The position numbers were made by a program, and so were the translations under genes. From Podarcis erhardii (Eukaryota): DNA of 64,000 bases. The DNA is taken from the NCBI GenBank assembly GCA_964252035.1, contig OZ176207.1; one strand, 5' to 3'. The notes beneath the pieces were generated by a model. That model worked only from the letters and a program-made list of their open reading frames with translations, had not been told where the DNA came from and did no database searches. Shown in pieces: positions 39,636 through 50,040 of the stretch; within the stretch, counting starts at the first letter, position 1, and every line of letters starts with the position of its first letter.

Positions 39636-41468
39636 CTGTTCCCTCTCTTTGTGTGTGTGTGTGTGTGTGTGTGTGTTTATGAATCCCAAATATCAAATCA
39701 GATCAACTACATAATTCACACTAATATCTAACATGTTTCGTAGGTAACAAAAAGACACAGCCAATAGAGCATTCATACCACAATACATTTTAACTCCAGC
39801 GTTTTGTGGTTATGTCTAAGAAATGAATTCTCTTCTTTCAAACATTACTGAAGTTCAAATGGAAATAATAAAAGCCCCTGGTTTAAGAGAAGATTCCCTG
39901 TTCGTTGTTTTAATTAATTCATTCTGACCTAGAAATATCCTATCAGAAATTTAGAGCACTTATTTAAATCATGAAGCATGAGAACAAAACTAGTTTCGGA
40001 GAACCCATCCATCATACATATGCATCATGCATTATATAATTTACAATCTACTTGTATTACATTTAAATGCCCAGATGTCTTCCTGTTTGTAGTAGGAGGT
40101 GATGAGATTCTAATTTCCAAGTGATATCAGTTTTCCCACTCTGGTTCCCAGCAGCTAAATTAAATCTCATTTGCTAATATTGTTGTGGCCTAGATTAGAC
40201 AAAAAAACTTTTCACATTAGCAGTGCCAATTATGAAAAGCAATCTTATTATAATGAAGCACTACAGGTTATGCCACATGACTATTGTGATTCATCTGTTT
40301 TCCAAGCCAAAAAAATGCCCCTGACTGCTGCAATAGAAACAACAATATTGCCAGACTGTTTCATGAAGGGTGCCAGAGGTCAGTCTATATTGATTTAGAG
40401 GGATCTCAGTTACTATGCCCATAATTCCTGACATCATCTAAACACATCCATAATGTATAATAAATGCACCCTTGGTCTGAACTGAATCACTACATTTTAA
40501 TTTTCTCCCCAGCATTTGGTTTAATAAATCAAATAAATCAAGAGCAGGAGACTGGAAGAAGTGCATGAGGAATTGAGAAGTTTGAACTTAAATAAGAATG
40601 TCTCTGATCTATCGATATTTCCAACTGCTATAAAAATTCAGATCCGCTAAGTGGCAAAGGGTGACATATATCTGAGAAGTCTCTCAGGCCCATTCCAGCT
40701 CCTTGCATCCCCTGCAAACTAGTCTGTCCTTACTGAACCAAGTGCAAATGGCAATTTCGGCACGAGACACTGTACAATGGTAAGTTGAACTCACATATGT
40801 GTGTCAGTGTCACTATATTGTAATTGAAGAGCAGCCCTTGCAAATCTGGTTTGGGTTTTTAAGCCATTGCTTAAACACAGGACAAGAAAGCAGGATCCTA
40901 TTGTTTTGTCTTTACATCATGTTTTGCCTGCCATGGTAAGTAAATTTAATCCGCATTATTAGTAACTGTCAACATCATACTTGAGCAGAAGGCAAATACG
41001 GCAGGTGGCGGAAGAGAAAGGGAGGGAGGGAGAAGATGGCTGAGAGCAGAAAAGCAAAACAAATTATTGCCAGGAACTGTTAATCTAGTTATGAATAAAT
41101 TTAAGGAAAATTAATATGCATGCAGTGCTTCTGCTGAAGGTGAATGTTTGGCAGAAAAGGAAATAAATCGACCAATTGCTGTTATAAGACCATTTGTCAA
41201 AGAGCTGAAGTGTTAAAGCTTCTTAAAATCTGCTAATTGCTTTTATCCAACATCCATAAACATGGCCTATGAAACACTGAGTGGCTGCGCTGAATATAAC
41301 CTTATGGCACACAGAACCACTGCTCTGCTTTACTATCTCTTTTGCTGCTGGTCTCCATGAGTCACAAAACTAGCAACACAAAGTGTAAAGAGTCCTGCAC
41401 AACCACGCCACCACCAGTAATAGGCACTGGTGATGCCCAAGCTCCCGCCAGCTTGGTCTCAAATTAAT

Positions 41469-41592
41469 AGAATAATAGAATCAGAGTTGGAAGGATCATC
41501 TCCTCCAATGCAGGAATATGCACCTGTCCCGTATGAGGATCAAACCTGCAACCTTGGTGCTATCAGCATCAAGCTCTAACCAACTGAGCTCC
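41469..41592 (-). mobile_element. tRNA-Ile-derived SINE with CR1-type tail
   Basis: The minus strand reads agctcagttggttagagcttgatgctgatagcaccaaggttgcaggtttgatcc (tRNA-Ile-like A/B boxes), followed by ccttccaactctgattctattattct (CR1 tail). Confidence 0.65.
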
Positions 41593-41689
41593 TCTGGTTT
41601 GCTATTTATGAGCTCTCTCTGAAAAATCTCAGTAGGTTTTTTAAAAAAAATCTGATATCATCTTCTATAATTATTATTATAGACTATTG

Positions 41690-41779
41690 CATTTTAATAT
41701 TTTGTTGGAAGCCGCCCAGAGTGACTGGGGAAACCCAGCCAGATGGGCGGGGTATAAATAATAAATTATTATTATTATT
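41690..41779 (+). mobile_element. L2-clade LINE extreme 3' end
   Basis: gccgcccagagtgactggggaaacccagccagatgggcggggtataaataataaattattatt is nearly identical to the 3' end of the L2 at 62731-62790 (opposite strand). Confidence 0.75.
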
Positions 41780-42090
41780 CTCATTTTATTTTATCCTGAT
41801 CTTAACCCCCACCCTACCCAAGCTCTGTGTTAAGAGATTGTCAATGATAAGTCTGTTCTCAGGCTTACAATCTTAAGTAAGACACAACACAGAAGGAAAC
41901 ACTATTGGGAGGGAAAAGGAAAAGGAAAAGGAAACCTCATTAAGCCGCCTAGAGCAAAATATACACCTTGAAGCTTAGTTTAGTATACACTTCCAGAGTT
42001 AATGCTAAATACCAATGAGCCACTATAGCCACTGAAGGGTTGTGAAAAATTGTGTCCCGGGCTTTTTAGACTCAACTACCCATATATTGA

Positions 42091-42406
42091 GGGACGCGGG
42101 TGGCGCTGTGGGTTAAACCACAGAGCCTAGGGCTTGCCGATTAGAAGGTCGGCGGTTCGAATCCCCACAACGGGGTGAGCACCCGTTGCTCGGTTCCTGC
42201 TCCTGCCAACCTAGCAGTTCGAAAGCACATCAAAGTGCAAGTAGATAAATAGGGACCACTCCAGCGGGAAGGTAAGCAGCGTTTCCGTGCACTGCTCTGG
42301 TTCGCCAGAAGCGGCTTAGTTATGCTGGCCACATGACCCGGAAGCTGTATGCTGGCTCCCTCAGCCAATAAAACGAGATGAGTGCCACAATCCCAGAGTC
42401 CTTTAC
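42091..42406 (+). mobile_element. Sauria SINE (Squam1), near full length
   Basis: gggacgcgggtggcgctgtgggttaaaccacagagcc...ggttcgaatccc...gcagttcgaaagcac...ggccacatgacccggaag...cccagagtc matches the lacertid Sauria SINE as I recall it. Confidence 0.9.
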
Positions 42407-43540
42407 AATAATCTTAACCTGAAGCTTTATTTTAATGAGCAGTATTGAATTTACCTGAAGATAACAGCCCCCACCTTTTTCCTGCAAAGGAGAACAATGC
42501 AATTAAAATTTTTAAAATTCTATTACAGCTGGTTTAACTGCAAATCTGGCATTGTTTGCTCCCTTACTTTTCTCTCAGAATGTTTTGAAAAAACACAGGT
42601 AACTTTCATAATTATAGCTTCAATGGGCTCCTCCATATGACCTGTGTATATTGAGCATTCCTTCCGATTTGCTTGCATAATGCTTACACTGAGATAATAG
42701 GACGCCCAGTCTTCACTGGGAATTTGTTATTTTAGGTGTGCAAGGAGATTACACAACAATGGGCATTCTTCTTGAGTTGCTTGCGTGAAGCTCATATGTC
42801 TGCCCATTAACCAATCATTTATCCCACCCAATTTATTTATTTATTGGATTCCTTACATGCCCTTCATTATGAGGTCCCAGGGCAGGTTACAATAATATAA
42901 AAACATGCAATGTTAAAATAAGTTAAAACATTGTATTTTCCTGTCACTTTCCTAACTGCAGAAAGGTCTGGGTGGTTTTTTTTAAGTTGTTAAGAAAATG
43001 ATTGCACTAGACTGCCAGTGTGCTTTATTCCACTTTAATTACACCAAACTAATTTTCAAGGATGTGATTGAATGCCTTCTTCAACATGCTGACATTCTGA
43101 GGTAAACTGTGACAAGGCTTCCTTCCTTAGAGGAACACTCCATAGCAATCTGGGGGTGACTTACTTTCTAAGGAAATATGTTTAGTTGAAGCATTTTAAG
43201 CTGGTTTAGAGGAGCACAGCTTCAAAACCAATATTACAAAAGAGTGCTAAATGCCAGCATTGTCATTGAATTGGAATTATGAGCCCTTTAAGGCTCAAGA
43301 TAGTCTTAGCAGCAATTGAATAGCATAATATTCTGCTAGTCCTGACAACAACAATATACCTGACATTATAGCTGAACATCATCCTCTTTGAGTCTGACAA
43401 TAAATTAACTAAATATGGAAAAAAAACCCTATTTTTCCACAAATCTATCATGCTAGCCTTCCAGCAGCAGCATTGCTGGGAATAGATAGAACAACTTTAT
43501 TATATAAATGCAGAGATCCCTACATGCATCTCAAAGACCT

Positions 43541-43858
43541 GTTGTTGTTTAGTCGTTTAGTCGTGTCTGACTCTTCGTGACCCCATGGACCAGAGCAAGC
43601 CAGGCACTCTTGTCTTCCACTGCCTCCCGCAGTTTGGTCAAACTCATGCTGGTAGCTTCGAGAACACTGTCCAATCACTGCCCCTTCATGCATCACTGCC
43701 TTGCCGTGGCGAAGGGGCTTGAATAACTCAGAGAAGCTATGAACTATGCCGAGCAGGGCACCCAAGATGGACAGGTCATAGTGGAGAGTTTTGACCAAAT
43801 GTGATCCACCTGGAACAGGAACCGGCAAGCCACTTCAGTATCCCTGCCAAGAAAACTC
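43541..43858. mobile_element. BovB insertion with internal inversion (3' end on minus strand joined to 5'-region sequence on plus strand)
   Basis: 43541-~43677 matches the minus-strand BovB 3' end at 38220. ~43685-43858 resembles BovB 5'-region sequence (gggcacccaagatggacaggtcatagtggagag...gccacttcagtatccctgcc). TSD catctcaaagacct / catctcaatgacct (13/14). Confidence 0.8.
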
Positions 43859-44332
43859 CATCTCAATGACCTAAACTCCAGCTATTTATCAGGATAGTAT
43901 CACTGTTTTTTTTGTTTTTTTTTAAAGAGCACATGGTGTCCAGGCTCAAAATTCACTATACCTACTGATAATAAAAAACAAATTCTAATACTGTAAAACA
44001 TTGCGTGGACAGGCGGAATCCCCAGATCCCGAGTGGTCCCCCCGTCATGTGGAATAACGACTCTAGACAACGTGCTATGGGATTAAATTGGCCACAACTT
44101 TATTAAATTTCAAATGTGGGTAGACCTTGGCTCAGGCATTGGGCGTTCTCCCTCCCTAGTCCCCAGCCGGGGACCTAGGGAGCATCAGGGTTATCCAGTG
44201 TGTGTGTGGGGGAATGGGCCGGCTCTGGAGAACATATGTTCAAGCAGAGATAGCCGCCCCCGTTACGCCGCCGCAGGGGAGAGCAATGACGACCTTTCGG
44301 CGTACGGCCAAAGCCTCCCTTCAAAAACCCCT

Positions 44333-44882
44333 TTAACGGGGAACCCTGGTATCGCCGCCGCAAAAAGGAAGATGGACTAAAGGATTCCGCCCAAGGCCTG
44401 ATACCGCCACCCGAGACCGCAAAGATTGCGGTCTTGCCGCCAAGACTACCCACATCTGAAAATCCCCTTTGCCATCCTCCAACCAGTCAATCAGGCCATG
44501 CCTGATGTCGCTCAGCCAACGCTCGTTACCACATTCTGATAGGTGCACGCCATCGGGCCGAAATAGCTCCTTCAGACCAGAAAATCATGATGTTGGGGTG
44601 AGCGGCATGTACGCTTTCCAGGTCCGCGATCGCTGTTTTGATCAGAATTATGCTTTTTTGCACGACCAAGTCATTTTCGCCAAGGTGGAGCACAACCGCG
44701 TTTGGCGGATGGCGGAATGCAAGTTCATGACGCAACCAAGGGAGCAGGGCATCCCATCGCATTCCACGTTGGCCGAACCAGGAAATGGAGATCTTTGGCT
44801 GCAGACCCAGATGTTCTCCGTCTGGACCAGTAGTGGCATGGATGGCCGCCCAATGCACTATGCTGTGGCCGAAGATCCACAC
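44333..44882 (-). pseudogene. SGNH/GDSL-family hydrolase ORF of the element (frameshifting internal deletion near 44565)
   Basis: Block I WIFGHS, block II FGQRG and block III VVLHLGENDL lie in ORF 44526-44882. Block V LFRPDGVHLS lies in another frame (Asp codon 44554-44552). Confidence 0.85.
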
Positions 44883-44912
44883 ATGTTTGGGGGTTGAGCC
44901 TGAAAGAAAGGA

Positions 44913-45821
44913 TTATATGGTATATGTCAGTGTCTGCTGGTTGTTTCGAATATAGCCTTTGAAGGCAGCTGAACGCCACCGCCCCATTGTTTTTATGTGT
45001 TCTGCTGGGAGGCCGCTCGCAGCTGCCGAGGTTGCTGCACCGATACGAAAGGAATGCCCGGAAAATTGTGCCGGGTCGCCTCCACAAACATGGATGGCCT
45101 TATGCAATATTGAGACAAATTGGCAACGGGTCATGGGGTGGCCTGATGCATGAATGAGGAGGGGGCCTGGTCCCGGAGGACGTACCTTCAGGAATTTGCG
45201 TGTGTCCGCGACAGGGCATGGTCCAGTGTGTGGGGAGGAGGCTAGACTTAGTGTGGAACCCCTACCTAGTTGATCGGTTTTTGGAGGCTTGGATTTTGAC
45301 TTGTATCATGCGCCTGTCAAGGTTGATATCAGCCACAGACAAGCCCCTGCGATGAGGTGACAATGTGCCCCCTATGCACTCCCCGATACGGAGCGCACCA
45401 AAGAAGGATAGGGAGAAGGCTGCCCTGAAGAGCCTGACCTCATAGTTGGACCAGCAAATACTGGGGAGCGCATCCCAGATCAGCCGGAGGATCTCTATGG
45501 TTACTGGCCTCCTCTTATCTGGAATGGGCGGGTGGGAGCGACGCCACCCTGCAATAAGCTTCCTTATGTGGAAAGTGTTACAGGGGTCTGGGAGCCAAAA
45601 CAGTTGCTTAAGTAGGAGATAGCGGCCTTGTGCAGGCTGATGGTTTTAAGGGCCATGCCCCTACGCTTTAGGTGAACCAAATATTTTAGAACATCAGACT
45701 CCTTAGCTGTACGCCTGCGACGTAAGCCAAACTTATCTCTGAACCCCTCGGATTGGGACCATGCTCTGGTGTAGGACCGCAGCGTTGATGGTGCAAGGGC
45801 GCTCAGAACTCCTGCTGTCAC
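44913..45821 (-). pseudogene. Tyrosine recombinase, frameshifted
   Basis: N-terminal LAPSTLRSY...YLVHL; manual translation of the middle gives FFGALRIGE (catalytic Arg) and SKTDQ after a frameshift; C-terminal GHSFRIGAAT...MGRWRSAAFKGYIR. Confidence 0.92.
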
Positions 45822-47159
45822 TTCTCCCGTCCAATTTCCCAGAGGTCCTCCGGAAAGGCTTCTGGGAGTTGATCGGCCTCGGGTGCTAGGTCGCGAAAGC
45901 GCTCCATCTGAAAGCGAGACAGGGCATCTGCAATGTCGTTATTGAGGCCCGGGATGAACCGCGCAGAAAAGGAGATGTTACCTTTCAGACATTCCAGCAC
46001 GAAGAGACGGAGCACGCGAATTACCCTGTTGGATTTTGCGGATTGCTTCGCAATGATTCTTACCACCGCCTGGTTGTCCGACCAGAAGCACACCCTGGTG
46101 TCCTTGAGGAGGTGCCCCCAAACACGGAGAGCCACTAGGATTGGGAAAAACTCAAGGAAAGTTTAATCACGTGTAATGCCCTCCTCATGCCAAGATGTCG
46201 GCCAAGGCTGTGCGCACCAGTGACCCCTGAAGTAAGCGCCGAAGCCAAAGCGACCAGAGGCGTCAGAGTGCACCTGTAGCTGTTCCTTAGGCAGCAGGCA
46301 AGATTGTCCAGGGGCAGGCGAGAGGTTTGGCTGACAGAATCCAGTTCAATACCCAGATATGAGATGACGGTGGTTGGACCTTCGGTCTTGTCCGCTGCCA
46401 ACGGGATGCCCAATTCAGCTGCCAGCTGAATGAAGCATGCCAGCACCCTAGCGCACGCGTCTGAGCCCGCTGGCAGGACGTAATGGGAAATGCGGTGGGA
46501 CCCTGACCTGCGTTTCATGGCCCATTCCACGAATGCGCTGAAGGTTTCAAATGCAGCGCATGCGATGGAACAGCCCATGGGCATAGCTTTGTCAAAGTAC
46601 CATTGGTCCTGGAATTTGAAACCTAGCAACCAGAAGTCCCTGGGGTGGACTGGTAACAGACGGAAGGCTGATTCGATGTCACATTTGCCATGAGCGTGCC
46701 CGGGCCACACTCCCTAACCAGCTTGATTGCCTGATCAAGAGATGCATATTTGACTGAGCATTGTTCTTGGGGAATGGCATCATTTACTGACCCACCCTTT
46801 GGGTAAGAAAGGTTATGTATTAATCGAAACTCGCCTGGGGCCTTCTTAGGTACAATACCTAGTGGAGAAACTATGAGGTTAGGAAATGGAGGTTCTGTGA
46901 AGGGACCTGCCACTCGCCCCAGCAAGCATTCTTTGGTAATCTTCTTCTCGGCAATGTGTGGCATATCTCGGACAGACTTTTGGTTGGGGGGATTGGTGCA
47001 TGAGGGGGTGCCTACCACTGGGATGCGGAAGCCTTCCTTAAAGCCCTCCTCAATGTATTTTGCTGCCTCTTTCTTGGGGTACTGGTGTAACAAAGGCAGC
47101 ATTGCTGATAGAGATATGGGTGAGGGGGCTAGGGAAAGGAGAGCACTATTTGCGGGCAT
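45818..47159 (-). pseudogene. Reverse transcriptase + RNase H, disrupted
   Basis: LIVSPLGIVPKKAPGEFRLIHNLSYP; frameshift at ~46685; KCDIESAFRLLPVHP...AMPMGC; YLGIELDS; RNase H HSDAS, LEFFPI, FWSDNQAVV, NDIADALSR. The YxDD motif is absent (SHY-VLPAGS at ~46480), and the RT-RH connection appears deleted at ~46295. Confidence 0.92.
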
Positions 47160-48662
47160 TGTTTTTGCTTTGCTGAGCGCCAGAGGAGCCTGTAGAGGCT
47201 CCGGCCTTTCTTTTGTCTTGAGATGTGCCTGCGCCTGATCCGCGGGAGCCTCGAAAAAGCTTCTTCCCCCGAAAACATTTCATGGTGGGGTGAGATCCAC
47301 TACAGCGCTCGCATTCATGAGCAAATCGACATTTTTCTCTGAAGCAGGAGCCATTGTTATACTCCCAGCAAGATCTCTTGGGGGCCTTGGATTGATATTT
47401 GGACTGTTTCACATTGTCGGGCCCATTCTTGAAGAACGGGGAAACCAACTCAGACCACACGTCATCATCTTTGATATCCCATCTAACTGTGTCGTCCTCT
47501 GCCGCCCGCTCCCTGAATGCCTGGTCATAGGCGAGTGCCGCCTGCCCCCCAGACATGGCTTAGCCTTTAGGATGATGAGTAGGTAGTTGGTCAGGTACCA
47601 ACCCGTATCAGGGTAACTAGTGACTATAATACCCATATAAGTGGTGTATGCAGTGAGCCAATTACGAAAGGTACGCTCAACACTCACTTTTTTATCTTTT
47701 TTCCTCTGCTTGGCGGATTTAGATTTTAGGGCTGTCGAAGCGGCAGGGGATAGCAGATCAAACAAATCCACGAACTCCCCATTAAGGATGCGTTCCCGCA
47801 ACTTCTCGCGCAGGCGAATGCCTGGGGGCTGGTCGGTTCTTTTGTGGTTGGATTTCCTAATTCTACCTCTGGAGTCAATGCCCTCCTCCCCGCATGGCGC
47901 GATAGCACCATGTTCACGCCTGTGCCTCCGGTTGCGGCGCCGCCAGACCCAGTGCGGCAGCCCTGGGGCGTCGGGGCCTGTAACCCAATAGCCTTTGATG
48001 CTCCCCCCCCGTTCACTATCAGTGGAGCTGGACCTACCTGAAGAACTAGATGATCCAGACGAGTCCCTCTTGGACTTGTGGCCCCTCCTCCTGGATTTGT
48101 GGTGTTTCCTCCCGCGATGACGCGATCTGCGCGACTCAGGGCTCTTGTCACTCTTGTACCTGTCAGAGGAGCTGGAACGGGGGGACCTACCTCTGCGCCT
48201 GGTGGATGTGGATGATGAATGTGACCCACCTTCCTGAGCATGGCGGTCAGAGGAGCTGCTACTGCGCCCTCGCTTGCGGCCATGAGGTGACCCGGAGCTC
48301 CCTCTGCGCGAATCCCGCCGCTCCAGGCGGCGCCTCAGCCGGGCGATGGTCCTGTCCCTACTGTCTCCATGCACCGAGTGCGAGAGACTGCTACTAAGAG
48401 AGGAGCGGGTGGAGGAAGAGCTCTCTGTACGTCTCGGCTTGGCAGCCGACCCCCTGCCGGCGCGGCTTGCCAAGGCTAGTGGGCTTCTGGACCCAGAAGA
48501 CCCTCTAGGTGCCGCTGCCCTCTTGGGCTTGGGCTGCTCCCCCCTGGTTGCATGCGCCTTCCGCTGTCTGGTTGCCTGTCTCTGGGCAGGCTTGGTGGGC
48601 GCACCCCTTATGGTGCCCCTTCTGGTGCGGGGAGGGGAAGTAGCCTGACGCTTCGGAGGCAT
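47146..48662 (-). pseudogene. Gag-like ORF1 (Ser/Arg-rich N-half, C-terminal Cys/His finger), one frameshift at ~47557
   Basis: ORF 47409-48662 joins ORF 47146-47556 by a 1-nt shift (ILKAK / AMSGGQAALAYDQAFRERAA...RWD). C-terminal motif CWEYNNGSCFREKCRFAHECERCSGSHPTMKC. Confidence 0.85.
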
Positions 48663-49299
48663 GGTGTGGGGCTAATAGAGTGGGTATGCTAGGGAATCCG
48701 CTAGAAGGGGGGGCAATGATTGGCAGGAAATGCCTGCTAGTAATTCGCAAACACAGGCTAATGATAAAGGTAAGGGTACAATTAATGGGAGGGGAGAGAT
48801 AAGGCAAGAACTGAGTCGCAGCTGGAATCGCTACTGAAGGCTGCAAGATAAAACAAGCAATAGTTTAGAAAATCACTGCACAGGTTTCAGTTGGGGTCCA
48901 TGGGTCTCCCCTCGTTGATAATGAGCGTGATGCCTGCTGTCCGCTGTACCTGCTGGCAAGCCATGATGGTGAGATGTGAAACCAATACGTACCTAATGAG
49001 GCCATAGGTGTGCCTGAGGAGCACCGAGGCATGACAGCCTCCATGCAGCCAGATCCAGGGTGGCCACTGCCATGCGGCCACCGATACAATGGCTGCCACC
49101 ATGCGGTCGCGATTGAAATGGCTGCAGACTTGGAGCCACCACTAAGCAGGCCCTGCCACGGTTTATGGGGGTGTGGGGCAAGCAGAGGCACACACTGTCC
49201 CCCGTGGCCATCTGGGGGGGAGGTGGGTATGCCCGCCAGCTGCAGAGGTCCCCCCGCCACCCAGGGGAGGTTCCAGGGTCGCCAGAGGCCTGGTGTAGG

Positions 49300-50040
49300 C
49301 CGTGGGAGGTGGCAGGGCCTCCCTGTGGCCTAAAAGGCTGGCCAAAGGGGAGGGGAGGCCACGCGGTGTGGCCCGCGGCCCCCCCATGGAATGTGGGGGC
49401 GGCAGGAAGGCCCCTGCCGCCCAGGGGAGGCTCCAAAGCCGCTGTAGGCCCAACTAGTCGCACAATTTGGCAGAGCCTTTCTGAGGCCCAGCTAGGCCTC
49501 CCGGAGCCAGGGGTGGGCACGTGCCAGCCCGTGCCCCCCCAGCGATCACGGGTGTGGCGGGAAGGCCCCTGCCGCCCAGGAGAGGCTCCGGGGCAGGCGG
49601 AGGCCCGACTAGGCCACAGAACGCGGCAAGGCCTCTTCGAGGCCCAGCCAGGCCTCCCTGAGGCCCAGCCAAGCCTCCGGAGCCAGGGGAGGCGGCGCGG
49701 CCCGCAGCCCCCCTGGCGATCGCGGGGGTGGCGGGAAGGCCCCTGCCGCCCCGGGGAGGCTCCAGGGCCGCCGGAGGCCCGACTAGGCCGCGAAACGCGG
49801 CAAAGCCTCACTGAGGCCGAGCCAGGCCTCCTCGAGGCCCAGCCAGGCCTCCGGAGCCGGGGGAGGCCTCGTGGCATGGCCAGCGGCCCCCCGGCGATCG
49901 CGGGGGGCGGCGGGAAGGCCTCCGCCGCCCAGGGGAGGCTCCAGGGCTGGGGGACACGAAGGAGCCCCCCTGAGGCCCAGTAAGGCCTCACAAAATGCGG
50001 CGGGCCTCCCTGCAGCCTAAAAAGGCCGCTTGGAGGCCAC
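49300..50040. repeat. GC-rich degenerate tandem array (~155-180 bp units) in the 5' region of the Ngaro element
   Basis: The anchor gaaggcc(cc/tc)...gccgccc.gg.gaggctcc recurs at 49406, 49561, 49735 and 49914. Confidence 0.85.

Noticed and set aside
41469-42170. Functional tRNA genes
   Set aside because: The tRNA-like heads are degenerate and are fused to SINE bodies and LINE-derived tails.
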